A stretch of 64,000 nucleotides of DNA, from contig CAYGRO010000002.1 in NCBI GenBank assembly GCA_964352335.1, positions 77,138 through 141,137 on the forward strand, read 5' to 3'. The translations under genes and the position numbers were made by a program. Source of the DNA: an uncultured Gammaproteobacteria bacterium (GTDB lineage Bacteria > Patescibacteriota > Patescibacteriia > VMEV01 > CAYQCH01). The notes under the pieces are model-generated. The model was not told where the DNA came from, did no database searches, and was given only the letters and a program-made list of their open reading frames with translations. Below, in pieces: positions 16,548 through 26,750 of this stretch. Positions within the stretch are counted from its first letter, which is position 1, and each line of letters starts with the position of its first letter.

Positions 16548-17264
16548 TTATTTATTATATTTTGATTTTAATTCAGCAATTCGTTGATCCAATAACGGCT
16601 GAGGATTAATACTGTTAATAACTTCATAATAAGGAATAGTCTCGCTTTCTCTATCTGTTTTTTCTAACCAGTCGATAAAGGCTTCATACAATTCATATTG
16701 CCCAGGGATTTCATTTAAACCTTGTCTATAGACATCATCAACAACATATTGTGGTGTGCCAGGAATTTGCATATAGGCTTTTGCTTGACCGAGATACAAT
16801 TCATAAATAGATGGAAATTCTATTTTTGCAAATTCATATGTTTTAGCAGCTAGTTCTGGTTGTCCCAGTTCTAAATACAAATCTCCTTTATCAGCTAATA
16901 ATAAATAATCCTCTGAATTTAATTCTTCGGCAATTTCATACATTACAAGAGCTTTTTGATTGTCGTTTAGATCATCTAAAATCCTAGCTATCTCTAATGC
17001 CTGTTCATCTGTAATTGTAGCCCCTTGTTTAAATTCTTGAACAGATACACGGATTTCCTCTTCAAAACCTCTATTTTCTCCCGTTGTAAAAAGCGAATGC
17101 GAGGTATCAATCCCCTCTTGTAATAGAAGGATTGTTTTTTGCGTAGGTGTTTTTTCGGTTAAAAAGCCATCACCATAAGTCAAAAAAAATGGTACAGCGA
17201 TAGCAAGAATAACTGCAATAACAGCTAATAAAACTAGTTTCTTATTTGTTGTCGTATTTTTCAT
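16548..17264 (-). CDS. Membrane-anchored TPR-like protein
   Basis: N-terminal TM; helical repeats (GDLYLELGQPELA). Confidence 0.6.
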   Translation of the reverse strand: MKNTTTNKKLVLLAVIAVILAIAVPFFLTYGDGFLTEKTPTQKTILLLQEGIDTSHSLFTTGENRGFEEEIRVSVQEFKQGATITDEQALEIARILDDLNDNQKALVMYEIAEELNSEDYLLLADKGDLYLELGQPELAAKTYEFAKIEFPSIYELYLGQAKAYMQIPGTPQYVVDDVYRQGLNEIPGQYELYEAFIDWLEKTDRESETIPYYEVINSINPQPLLDQRIAELKSKYNK

Positions 17265-17351
17265 ATATGCTTACTTTACTATAAAAACAAAGACCAAATC
17301 AATAATTCTATTTTACCATTAATACCTGTTTCCACGCTATTTTCTCCTAAT

Positions 17352-17382
17352 AAAAGAACCCCGCCAATTGGCGGGGTCTTTT
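17352..17382 (-). terminator. Intrinsic terminator after the S-layer-like gene
   Basis: AAAAGAACCCCGCC-AATT-GGCGGGGTCTTTT. Confidence 0.8.
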
Positions 17383-17418
17383 AACTCGATGAGTAATCTT
17401 ACGCGCTAGGCGAAAAGA

Positions 17419-20400
17419 TTATCCACAAAGGTTAGACTCGAAAGTCATATTGTTCGCAGCGAATGTATTAAGATCAGCTAATCGAGCAGCAAGCGTAGTA
17501 TACGCAACACCACCGATAGTGAAATCATATTGATTCATTGTTAATTGGATGTTGTCATTTGTAGAACATCCAGTAGCATCAACACGTAATTCGTAGTCAT
17601 GTGTTCCTGAAGTGTTAAGCAATGTTAACCCTGGGAATACATAAGCTGAAGCAGCGATAGCTACAGTAGCTTGAACTGTTCCATCGATAACAAGATCAAT
17701 GTTATCAGTACCAAGACAAACAGCAGCAGCATCGTTAGTGTTACAGTTCCCACCAAGAGCATTTAACTGAATATTTGAACCAGAACCAACGATCAAGTCG
17801 AAGTTTCCAATAGGCATATCAGTTTGACCTGGTAAGATGCTTGCAGCACCAGTAGCTTTAGATACAACACGTAATTGTCCATTTAATGGAGTTAATACAC
17901 GCCCTGTGAATGTTGTTAGACCAGCAGCGTCATTTACAGTAATACCTGAATCAAGTCCTTTCATTGTAATACCAGTTTGGTTTACAACGTCAACAGACAA
18001 TGTGTCATTTGTTGGATCTGGTTGATTTGAATCACCAGCATTAGGACCAGTCGCTTCTACAGTAATAACCGCATTAGAACCAGCGGCCACTTTAATTTGA
18101 CCAGGGTTGAAAGTACAGTTAGGAGTAACATTTGTTACAGTACGAGAACAAATTTCTGTAGCAGCAGAGGCATATGTACCAGCAACTGTAGCTCCTTCGA
18201 TGAAGAATTTAACAGTTTTGATATTTTGCAATGCAGCAGCAGAGTTTTGTGTAATTGTTGCAGCAACATTTGTTAATGAAGCACCTTCAGCATTTGTCAA
18301 TTGAACAGAAACTTTATTACCAGTTAATGTTTCATTTTGACCAAGGAATTGTTGTGGAGGAAGTGTAGACTGAGCAGTTGTAATTACAACAGCAGCAGAG
18401 AAGATCACAGATCCACCAGCAGTAACAGTTGTAAAGTTAAGTGCTTGTCCAGAACTAGCTCCAGAACCAGAAAGTGCATTCAAAGTAGTAGCAGCTACTA
18501 CAGTACCTGGAGTTACAGTTCCAGCTTGTGTACATTCAACAACTAATGTTCGTTCACTATTAGATTGTACAGTGAAGTTCATTGAGAATGTTAATGTTTG
18601 GATTGCTGCAGCACCACTTAAAGCTTGTGATTGACTTTGGTTTTCACCGTCCTTTGTTTTCACTCGAACAGTTGTACATGAACCATTGTTTACACCAGCA
18701 GCGAAAGCGATTGTTACAGAAGTAATCAATACATTTTCAGTTGATGGACCAAGGATTACATATTCACCCATTGCTTTATTAGAAGCATTAGATACAACGT
18801 TCAAAGATGTAGAGTCAGCTTGTACGCTGATTCCAGAAAGAAGAACCACAGTTACAAGTGTTCCTTGAACTGTCCCAGATGGGAAGTTTACAGAACCACC
18901 AATATCAAATGAGATATTGCTTGAACCAGCAGTTAATTGAAGACCAACGATATCATTAGCTTCATATGTAGTATCTACTCCAGATGGGTTAGCATCACAT
19001 TCAACGATGATAACATAGTCACCAACGTTCAATACTTTAGAGAAGTTTACAGTTACAATAGTAGCTAAATTAGGGCTTACTGTAGAACCAACTTGTGATC
19101 GGTTCATAGCACCTAAGTCTACATTTGATTCGTCAATTTCAGCAGCACCTGGAAGGTTAGAAATGTAAGTTTCACAATTCGTTAAACCTTCAGCAGTACC
19201 AGTTTGAGCTTGAATCATTTGTAAGTTCAAAGAGTTTAATGTAGCTCGAGAACCTCGAATTTCTACTAAGAATACAGCAACAGTAGCGTTAGATGTACCA
19301 TTAGAGATTTGGTCACCAGATCCAGAAGATTGGTTAAGACCAGTTACAGAAGTAGCTAAGTTTACATTAGTAACAGTTGCAGATGAACCATTAATTGTGA
19401 AAGTAGCAGATAATGTAAGTGTTGTTACTGTAGGCGCAACAAATACATTCCGTTGAGCATCAATGAAGATGAACATTGGAGCTGGGTATTCAACATCGAT
19501 ACCGATAGTTTGTCCAGCTTGACCCCAAACGTCACACCATAATTCAATAGTGTAAGATTGGTCGTTAAAGAATTGGTCAGATTCGTTCACCATGAATACC
19601 ATGAATGAACCAACCCACATCCAATCACCAGTAATTACATTACCATTTCGAGTAGCGAAACAGTTTGTAACATCAAGAGTTCCAGAAGTATCGAAAACTA
19701 AATGTGGAACATTAGCTTCGTTTCCAGAAACGCTTAATTGGTATTGGAATAATCGAACTTGTTCTCCTGGTTCTACTGTACCTGGACCAACTGGAGAGTT
19801 GAAAGAGATTACAGAGATATCAGAAGAAAGAATAGTAACAGCTGAACGGTTCATTAATTCAATAGCAGAGCTAAGAACTACAGCAGAACCATTTACAGTC
19901 ATTCCTGTTAAATCAAGAATGAATAGACCAGAAGTAGATGTAGTACCACCCATTACCATTACTTCATTACATTCACCTGTTCCGAAAGTAAGACCATTTC
20001 CTTCAATTACTTCAGCAACACCTTTAGTGTCGTCAGATGAAGTAAGTTTAGCGAAGAAACCGTCACCTTCTACGTGAACTGTTGCATTAGAGTTGAAACT
20101 TACTGTCCCTCGACCAGAGTCGAAAGTCCAAGCATCAACAGTAACTGAACCAGAACCGTTGTAACAGATGTTTAATTCAACATGACCTAATGTGAACACT
20201 GTTCCGTTAGAAGCATTAGCAGTTTTATCTACTCCACTTGTAACAGTAAGTGACCAGTCAGCACCAGAAGTTGGAGGAGGAGTTCCTGAACCACCTTCTA
20301 AAGTACCTTTTCGATCTGGAGTTGTAACACCAGCGAAAGGCATAGCTGATCCCATTGTGCTACCAAACCATGTGTTTAAAGCAGCTTGGTCAGAGAACAT

Positions 20401-21021
20401 GATTACAGCAGCTAATACAGCTGAGTTTACTCCAGTTAACATAGAGTGTCCTGCAGAAGTAGCAACGTAGTAATCAGAACCTAACATACCAATAGTACCA
20501 ATTGGAGCCATAGCAGCACCAATAGCATTAGCATTTACATTTCCAGAAGCTACAGTGTAGTTTGTGAAAAATGCGTCAGGTACGTCTTGAATTTTTGTTG
20601 CCCAGTTAGATCCGAAAAGAGCCAAAGCAGTAGCTTCGTCAGCAATTGAATGTAATTGAGCATTAGCACCTACCATATAAACTTTAGGGTCAGTAGTGAT
20701 TTTCACTAATTGAGCACCTGGACGGTAAGTAACATTTCCTCCGATAGCAACAGCAGCTAATTCAGAATCAGTAATAGTTTTTACTGTGCTGAAATCAGAC
20801 CACCAAGTTTTGTAAGTTTTTTCATTAGGGAAAACATATCGTTTACCGTCATTACCAACGTAGTAAAGAGCGGCTAAACTAGCTTTCACTAATTCACCTG
20901 GAGCTACAGCAGCTTCAGAAGCAGCAGCAGATAGAGGTGCAAATGCTGCGATTCCGATAGACCATGTAATAGTCATCACAGAAACAGCGATTGTGAATCC
21001 TTTTTTAAGAGTTTTTTTCAT
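17419..21021 (-). CDS. Large secreted S-layer-like protein (1200 aa)
   Basis: Signal peptide, N-terminal CPR surface-repeat domain, T/S/A/G/V-rich beta domains, strongly biased codons, own promoter, long UTR and terminator. Confidence 0.7.
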   Translation of the reverse strand: MKKTLKKGFTIAVSVMTITWSIGIAAFAPLSAAASEAAVAPGELVKASLAALYYVGNDGKRYVFPNEKTYKTWWSDFSTVKTITDSELAAVAIGGNVTYRPGAQLVKITTDPKVYMVGANAQLHSIADEATALALFGSNWATKIQDVPDAFFTNYTVASGNVNANAIGAAMAPIGTIGMLGSDYYVATSAGHSMLTGVNSAVLAAVIMFSDQAALNTWFGSTMGSAMPFAGVTTPDRKGTLEGGSGTPPPTSGADWSLTVTSGVDKTANASNGTVFTLGHVELNICYNGSGSVTVDAWTFDSGRGTVSFNSNATVHVEGDGFFAKLTSSDDTKGVAEVIEGNGLTFGTGECNEVMVMGGTTSTSGLFILDLTGMTVNGSAVVLSSAIELMNRSAVTILSSDISVISFNSPVGPGTVEPGEQVRLFQYQLSVSGNEANVPHLVFDTSGTLDVTNCFATRNGNVITGDWMWVGSFMVFMVNESDQFFNDQSYTIELWCDVWGQAGQTIGIDVEYPAPMFIFIDAQRNVFVAPTVTTLTLSATFTINGSSATVTNVNLATSVTGLNQSSGSGDQISNGTSNATVAVFLVEIRGSRATLNSLNLQMIQAQTGTAEGLTNCETYISNLPGAAEIDESNVDLGAMNRSQVGSTVSPNLATIVTVNFSKVLNVGDYVIIVECDANPSGVDTTYEANDIVGLQLTAGSSNISFDIGGSVNFPSGTVQGTLVTVVLLSGISVQADSTSLNVVSNASNKAMGEYVILGPSTENVLITSVTIAFAAGVNNGSCTTVRVKTKDGENQSQSQALSGAAAIQTLTFSMNFTVQSNSERTLVVECTQAGTVTPGTVVAATTLNALSGSGASSGQALNFTTVTAGGSVIFSAAVVITTAQSTLPPQQFLGQNETLTGNKVSVQLTNAEGASLTNVAATITQNSAAALQNIKTVKFFIEGATVAGTYASAATEICSRTVTNVTPNCTFNPGQIKVAAGSNAVITVEATGPNAGDSNQPDPTNDTLSVDVVNQTGITMKGLDSGITVNDAAGLTTFTGRVLTPLNGQLRVVSKATGAASILPGQTDMPIGNFDLIVGSGSNIQLNALGGNCNTNDAAAVCLGTDNIDLVIDGTVQATVAIAASAYVFPGLTLLNTSGTHDYELRVDATGCSTNDNIQLTMNQYDFTIGGVAYTTLAARLADLNTFAANNMTFESNLCG

Positions 21022-21395
21022 AGAGAATCTTTAAGTGACTAACAGTCGACATCTCCATATTTTGAAAACGTTTTTGCCATTACCTATTTCTATCACCAAT
21101 GAAGGTGTCTACCTTTCTATAGAGATAACTAATGCGTTTTGCGAAAATATGATTGAGAAGCAATCAATTAACCACTAGTAATTCCTGAACTCCTTCAACT
21201 ACCACGAATTAAAATTTTGGTAGTATAGGGACAGGGTTATGAGGGTGAGAGGTTCTCCTCCCCCATGAACCCTGCCTTGAAGGGCTCAGATTATTTTTCT
21301 AGCTACAAAAGTAGCAAACGGGATACAAATCAAAATGATTTGAACCTTGTTTACTACTCTTCAATATATTGTAAATGAGCGAACCGAACTGTCAA
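21022..21395 (-). promoter_or_regulatory. Promoter and ~340-nt structured 5' UTR of the S-layer-like gene
   Basis: TTGACA (21395-21390), 16-nt spacer, TACAAT (21373-21368); three long G-U-containing stem domains on the minus strand. Confidence 0.65.
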
Positions 21396-21406
21396 TGTGG
21401 ATAGAA

Positions 21407-22723
21407 TTATTCTTTCTTCACTTCTATCAGCTCCTCTAGTACCTTTTCTGTAGAATTTGAGTCATCCTCTTCTTGCATCTCCTCTTTTGGTTCTTCTTGG
21501 TCTACTTTTTCTGAAGCTTCTTTTTTATTTAATTCAATGAGTGCATCTAATTTTGCTTGACGATTTTTTCGCTCAAGTCTTAGATTTTGACTAAGGACAT
21601 CAATTTCAGTTTTTGTTTCCGAAAGACGATCTAAAGCAGTTTTAAACTCACCTAATTCAATCAATTCTTCGATAAAACTGATTTGCTCTTGTATCTTCGT
21701 CTCTAAAGAACCACGCATTGTTACCAAGAGGTCTTGTTCTTTCGTAGTTGAAGGTTCTTCTGTTGAATCTGAATCATTAGAAGAATCATCTTCAGTAGTA
21801 TCGTCATCTTTAGATTCTTCAACAAGAGTTGCTTCGATTGAAACAAGTGAATTTTCTTCGATTTGTTTTGTAATAAGCTCAACATCCTCTAATCGTTTTG
21901 TAAAACCATTTACTTGTTCTTTTACAGTAGCTAATTGTGCTTGAACGGATTTTTTAAGATCTTCTTTACTAACTTCTTCCCCACCGTCTTCATGATTTAC
22001 CGCAATAATATTAAGCGCATTAATAGCGACTTCTTGAACAGCGCTTAAAGCTAATTGAATATCTTCAGAATCTTGTGCTACTTCATGCCCTAATTGCTCA
22101 ACGGATGTTTTTAAATCCTGTTTATATGAAGCTGTTTTTTCTTCAATAATTCTTGCAATTTCAAGAGCATCATCAGATGAATTATCTGAAGTATTTTCTT
22201 CTTTTGTTGAATCTAAACGTTTTTTAACCGTATCTGTATTCTTTTTAAGCTCTTCTAAAGCTAAAACAATTTTTTGTTGTCTTTCTGGACTTGGAGTTTG
22301 TTCTTGAGTAATACGATTTAACTCTGTTAAACGATTGGCAATTTGACCAACCTCTTTCGTTGCTTTTTTCTTTTCTGTAAAAGCAAATGAAAGCTCTACC
22401 GTTTCTAAGCTTCGTTTTAACGGATAAAGTGTGTCTCCTGGTAAACTAGAACGAGCCGCACTTACCGTAGCGATACCAGGCCCAACGATAATACCAGCAA
22501 CTAAAATAACCATTCCTAATGGCTTAAGAGAGATTCGACGAATTGCTTCTTGAAAATATAAAGCGAGAATTGCAAAAAATGAAGCCGAAGAATTGTTTTT
22601 AGAAACACCAAAATCCAACTCTGAAAGAAGTTGTTGTTTAAGAAGATTCTTTGAGTCTTCACTCAATTGAATATCTTTAAGATCTTTAAACTGATTTTGA
22701 ATTGTTTTCGGAAACTTTTTCAT
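21407..22723 (-). CDS. DUF5667-type membrane-anchored putative anti-sigma factor
   Basis: SLPGDTLYPLKRSLE motif after a TM; overlaps the ECF sigma gene. Confidence 0.75.
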   Translation of the reverse strand: MKKFPKTIQNQFKDLKDIQLSEDSKNLLKQQLLSELDFGVSKNNSSASFFAILALYFQEAIRRISLKPLGMVILVAGIIVGPGIATVSAARSSLPGDTLYPLKRSLETVELSFAFTEKKKATKEVGQIANRLTELNRITQEQTPSPERQQKIVLALEELKKNTDTVKKRLDSTKEENTSDNSSDDALEIARIIEEKTASYKQDLKTSVEQLGHEVAQDSEDIQLALSAVQEVAINALNIIAVNHEDGGEEVSKEDLKKSVQAQLATVKEQVNGFTKRLEDVELITKQIEENSLVSIEATLVEESKDDDTTEDDSSNDSDSTEEPSTTKEQDLLVTMRGSLETKIQEQISFIEELIELGEFKTALDRLSETKTEIDVLSQNLRLERKNRQAKLDALIELNKKEASEKVDQEEPKEEMQEEDDSNSTEKVLEELIEVKKE

Positions 22724-23267
22724 ATTCGCGCTGTAATGCTTTTTGTGCTCTATGGAGAAGAACACGAGTAGCTACAGGAGTTTTTTCAATGACTTGAGCA
22801 ATTTCACGTAAGCTCAATTCATCTACATGTCGTAATAAAATAATTTCTTTGTACGAATCTTTCAGTCTTTGTGTAAGTGATAATAGTTGTTCTGCATCTA
22901 TACTGATTTCAACTTTTTTATGAGAGTTATCTTCTTGTTGTTGTGCAGAATAATGTTCTAAAGGAACATCTTTTTGCCTTGCAGATTTTCTGTAATGGTC
23001 TATTACACGATTTCTGGCAATAATATAGATGAAGGCCTTTAAGTGCTTAACCTGAGAACTATTCTCATTTGTAAGCTCTTTCCAACTTTTGAGGAAAATA
23101 TCAGCAGTTAAGTCTTTCGCAATTTCTACATCACTGACCTTAAAATAGACAAACCTATAAATAGGATCAGCTAAATGGTCATAAAGTTGAGAAAATGCTT
23201 CTGCATCTTTTCCCTTCTGGATACGAACCAGCAATAATTGTTCTTTTACTTTATTCACAGGCTTCAT
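22686..23267 (-). CDS. ECF RNA polymerase sigma factor
   Basis: AFSQLYD, IYRFVYFKV, IARNRVIDHYRK and region 4 LSLREIA...LLHRA. Confidence 0.92.
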   Translation of the reverse strand: MKPVNKVKEQLLLVRIQKGKDAEAFSQLYDHLADPIYRFVYFKVSDVEIAKDLTADIFLKSWKELTNENSSQVKHLKAFIYIIARNRVIDHYRKSARQKDVPLEHYSAQQQEDNSHKKVEISIDAEQLLSLTQRLKDSYKEIILLRHVDELSLREIAQVIEKTPVATRVLLHRAQKALQREYEKVSENNSKSV

Positions 23268-23431
23268 TTAATAAGACGCTGAGGAATTTAAAATGTTACA
23301 CTAAGAAATTTTTAGAGAAAGAAAAAAGACAAATACTCTTTGAAATTAGGGTTATTTGCCTCTTTTATAGTGAGAGTACTATAACAAAAATAGATAAATT
23401 TGACTAGCTTTTAGGGTAGATTAAATCAATA

Positions 23432-23474
23432 TTGACAAGACATTCATATTTGTCTACACTATTCTAGACAAATA
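23432..23474 (+). promoter_or_regulatory. sigma70 promoter with overlapping 10-bp inverted-repeat operator
   Basis: TTGACA-17-TACACT; TATTTGTCTA-N8-TAGACAAATA at 23447-23474. Confidence 0.65.
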
Positions 23475-23484
23475 ACGGAATTAT

Positions 23485-23757
23485 ATGGAATTTGAAGATA
23501 TTCGACTCAATGTCTCAGAGGCAGCCAAAATCTTTGGTATTAGTCAAAAAACGGTACGAAGAGCGCTGAATCAAGGCTCTCTCTCTTATATTGTTGTAAG
23601 AGGAAGATATAAGCTTTCCTTTAAAAGCCTTCTCGAATGGTCACAAAAATCAATAACAGTGAACAAAAAGCTTTCGACGAAAGGAATTGGTCAATATGTA
23701 AACCAATGGAAGATTTCAAATAAGCTATATAGCCCCCATCCTAAAAATATAAAGTAA
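23485..23757 (+). CDS. Excisionase-like/HTH_17 DNA-binding protein
   Basis: LNVSEAAKIFGISQKTVRR...GRYKL. Confidence 0.75.
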   Translation: MEFEDIRLNVSEAAKIFGISQKTVRRALNQGSLSYIVVRGRYKLSFKSLLEWSQKSITVNKKLSTKGIGQYVNQWKISNKLYSPHPKNIK

Positions 23758-23790
23758 AAAAGAACGTCCACTTAATGGACGTTCTTTTTT
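23756..23790. terminator. Bidirectional intrinsic terminator
   Basis: AAAAAGAACGTCCA-CTTAA-TGGACGTTCTTTTTT between convergent genes. Confidence 0.85.
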
Positions 23791-24821
23791 TATTTAAGTA
23801 ATACTCTCGCAGTAAGTGGGTCCCCTCTTCGAACGATCCCCAGCTCTATAGATTGCCCTGGCTGAGCTTTCTGTATAAGGTCAGATAAAGTAACTTGATG
23901 ATTTAATAAGTTGCCATCAACACTTACAATAAGATCATTGAGCTGAATTTGGTTTGAAACAATTGTTCTATCAATGGCCATAACAAGTGCACCTGATGAT
24001 GGTTGATTCACTATTGGGCTTTGTGCTAAATCAACATAGGTAATACCAAGACTTCCTCTTGTCAATTCATCGCTCTTCAATAACAAATCTAAACTTGAGC
24101 GAAGTGATAGGGCGTGAATCATCAGAGTTGTATCTGATTGTTCATCAGGAAGAACAAGACCAACCAGCTCGCTTTTTAAATTGTAGATCATTCCAGAAGA
24201 ATACTTACCAGAAAATTTGTGAAATGAGTTTTGCTGATCTGAATCGTACTCATTTGTCATTCGCTTTGCAGTACCAATATATTCCGTTCTTGCAATCAGT
24301 CCATCAAAATCTGTAACTAAGAGTGAATCAAATACTTCTAAATTGTCTTCTCTGGTTAAGGTTGCTGCTGTTAGATTTGATGATTCTACTTGGACATAGA
24401 CGAGCTCGACAGAAGGATCTTCAACAAATTCAATAACAGGAAGTAATTCACCTGAATTGAATCGTACATAATCCCATTGTTCTGCTTCAATAGTAGAATC
24501 GCTTACAGCAACGATCCATCCGTCATTTGTTAAAACAATACCTTGTGCAACAAAAACCAAACCTGAATCTGATGTATAGATTTCAACAATGCTAGGAGTT
24601 TCCGTTTTTTGTAGAGAGAGTAAGGCTGATTTCACTTTATCTAATTGATCACTACTATCTGTAATAATAAATGGTTGAGACAAGTCTAATGATGGACGAG
24701 TATTTAGTGAAGTGATAAGAACTTGTCCTAGAAATGCAGCTAAAAAAGCCGCAATACTAACAATGATTACTAGTAATACTCTAGATTGAAGAGAGAATGT
24801 TTTTTTACGATTAGATGCCAT
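23790..24821 (-). CDS. HtrA/DegP-like protein with PDZ domain; catalytic triad appears degenerate
   Basis: GIVLTNDGWIV, C-terminal PDZ (GSLGITY, DLIVSVDG); lacks TNxH and GNSGG. Confidence 0.7.
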   Translation of the reverse strand: MASNRKKTFSLQSRVLLVIIVSIAAFLAAFLGQVLITSLNTRPSLDLSQPFIITDSSDQLDKVKSALLSLQKTETPSIVEIYTSDSGLVFVAQGIVLTNDGWIVAVSDSTIEAEQWDYVRFNSGELLPVIEFVEDPSVELVYVQVESSNLTAATLTREDNLEVFDSLLVTDFDGLIARTEYIGTAKRMTNEYDSDQQNSFHKFSGKYSSGMIYNLKSELVGLVLPDEQSDTTLMIHALSLRSSLDLLLKSDELTRGSLGITYVDLAQSPIVNQPSSGALVMAIDRTIVSNQIQLNDLIVSVDGNLLNHQVTLSDLIQKAQPGQSIELGIVRRGDPLTARVLLK

Positions 24822-24829
24822 ATGAGAAA

Positions 24830-25633
24830 TTACTGAATAAAGTAAGTTGAAAAAAAGATAATTGAAGCACTTAAACCCGCAATTACAAGCGGAATTGTTA
24901 ATTTAAGTTCTCCTTGTTGCCTCTTTTTAAGTAATTGTATTACTAATTCATTATAAATATAGTAGAACAACATTATAATCAAACCATACAGGAAAAAGTG
25001 GGTTGGAAGCAAGTTAAGAACAAGTAATAATTGTACCCCCAATAGTGTTCCAAAAGCTGAAAATATGAGTGTATGTTTTAATGCAATCTTATGTATTGAA
25101 TAAAGATCAAATTGAATGAAAAAATATACGAGAGCTGAAACAGAAATGCTAATACCAAATGGCACTTGAATGAAGGTCTGAAGCCCCACAATAGCCGTTG
25201 TAAAAAGCATTAGTGATAAAAGGTAGAGATAATTACTTAACTTCTCCAATGTATAAGCTTGATAGGAAATAGGTCGTTGCCAAAACAAAAATAGAGATTC
25301 TAACCATATCCATGTACAAAGAGGAAGCAAAACAAGTAACCCCCATAAAAGAAAAATGTTTTCCGAAAAAAAGAAGACTGTTAAACCAGATGCCCAAAGC
25401 AAAAAGAGAAATGGATAAAATCTTAGTCGAGAAATAAACGGATGCCCAGCGCCGATAAAAATAAGAATCAATAAGACAGAAAGAAGAATGATTCCACTAA
25501 TAACTCCGATGATAGGAAGAGTAATAGGCCCGAGTACTGTTGCAATCCATTGTGGATACGAATGCAATAATAACAATAACAAAAAGAGCACTGTACTAGA
25601 TAGAAACGGACTGAATCTCAGAAGAAAATACAT
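24830..25633 (-). CDS. Multi-pass membrane hypothetical protein
   Basis: About 8-9 hydrophobic segments. Confidence 0.6.
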   Translation of the reverse strand: MYFLLRFSPFLSSTVLFLLLLLLHSYPQWIATVLGPITLPIIGVISGIILLSVLLILIFIGAGHPFISRLRFYPFLFLLWASGLTVFFFSENIFLLWGLLVLLPLCTWIWLESLFLFWQRPISYQAYTLEKLSNYLYLLSLMLFTTAIVGLQTFIQVPFGISISVSALVYFFIQFDLYSIHKIALKHTLIFSAFGTLLGVQLLLVLNLLPTHFFLYGLIIMLFYYIYNELVIQLLKKRQQGELKLTIPLVIAGLSASIIFFSTYFIQ

Positions 25634-25651
25634 GTGAAATAAGTGAGTAAT

Positions 25652-26737
25652 TTATTTTGTTTGGTCGATATACTTTAACAATTGTTCTTTGAACTGTTTT
25701 GTTGAAAATATTTGTGCATGTTCACAAAGGACTTTTGGATCATAATCTTGATCTTTGAAGCGAATAATTGTGTCTGAAATCTCTTCCCAAGTTTGTTCAT
25801 GAAAGAATAAACCTGTTTTTCCATCAATAACCGTTTCTTTTGCGCCACCTTGTGAATAAGCAATCACAGGAGTCCCAGAAGCCATTGCCTCAATAGGCGT
25901 AATACCAAAGTCTTCTACTTGAGGGTTAATAAAAGCTCTTGCATTTCTATACAATTGCGCTCTTTCCTCATCTGTAACATACCCTAATAATTCAATATGA
26001 TCTCTCGCTAGTTTTTTTAAAGCCTGAAACTCTGGACCAGTTCCAAAAATTTTTAACTTCATTCCTAATCGGTTAAAGGCTTTAACTATTAGATCAAAAC
26101 GTTTATAGGCGACTAATCTTCCACCGGCTAAGAAATACTCTCCACCTGGTTCCGATTTAGGAGTGAATGCTTCTAAATCAACAGGAGGATATAAAACGGT
26201 AGAATCTTTTTTATAATATTTTTGAATCCGTTCTTGAACGGTTTTAGAATTCGCTAAAAAATAATCAACTCGATCTGCGGCAAGTCGATCCCAGATTCTT
26301 AATTTCGTTAAAACAAGCGGAAGTAATTTTTTGATTAAAAATGGATACCGTAATTCTTTTATGTAAGAATGTGTATCTGTCCAAAGATATCTTGTTGGTG
26401 AATGACAATAACAAATATGCTTTGTTGTTGGTAATGTTAATACTCCTTTTGCAAATGCGGAACTGCTTGAGATAACAAGATCATATTCAGTTAAATCATA
26501 AGCTTCTGTAGCTGTTGGCATTAATGGTAAATACCATTGATATTTACTTATACTGAAAGGAAGTTTTTGCAAAAAGGACGTTCGAATATCCTTACCTTTA
26601 AATATCCTATTTGCATTTTTTTTATCATAAAGCAACGTAAAGGTAGGAGCATCTGGAAAAATATCCTGAAGCACCTTTAGTACTTTTTCTGCTCCGCCAT
26701 CTTGGACAAGATGATCATGGATTAATGCTACTTTCAT
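25652..26737 (-). CDS. GT4 glycosyltransferase
   Basis: HDHLVQDGGAEKVL, YCHSPTRY and EDFGITPIEAMASG motifs. Confidence 0.9.
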   Translation of the reverse strand: MKVALIHDHLVQDGGAEKVLKVLQDIFPDAPTFTLLYDKKNANRIFKGKDIRTSFLQKLPFSISKYQWYLPLMPTATEAYDLTEYDLVISSSSAFAKGVLTLPTTKHICYCHSPTRYLWTDTHSYIKELRYPFLIKKLLPLVLTKLRIWDRLAADRVDYFLANSKTVQERIQKYYKKDSTVLYPPVDLEAFTPKSEPGGEYFLAGGRLVAYKRFDLIVKAFNRLGMKLKIFGTGPEFQALKKLARDHIELLGYVTDEERAQLYRNARAFINPQVEDFGITPIEAMASGTPVIAYSQGGAKETVIDGKTGLFFHEQTWEEISDTIIRFKDQDYDPKVLCEHAQIFSTKQFKEQLLKYIDQTK

Positions 26738-26750
26738 GTATAATTCCCCT

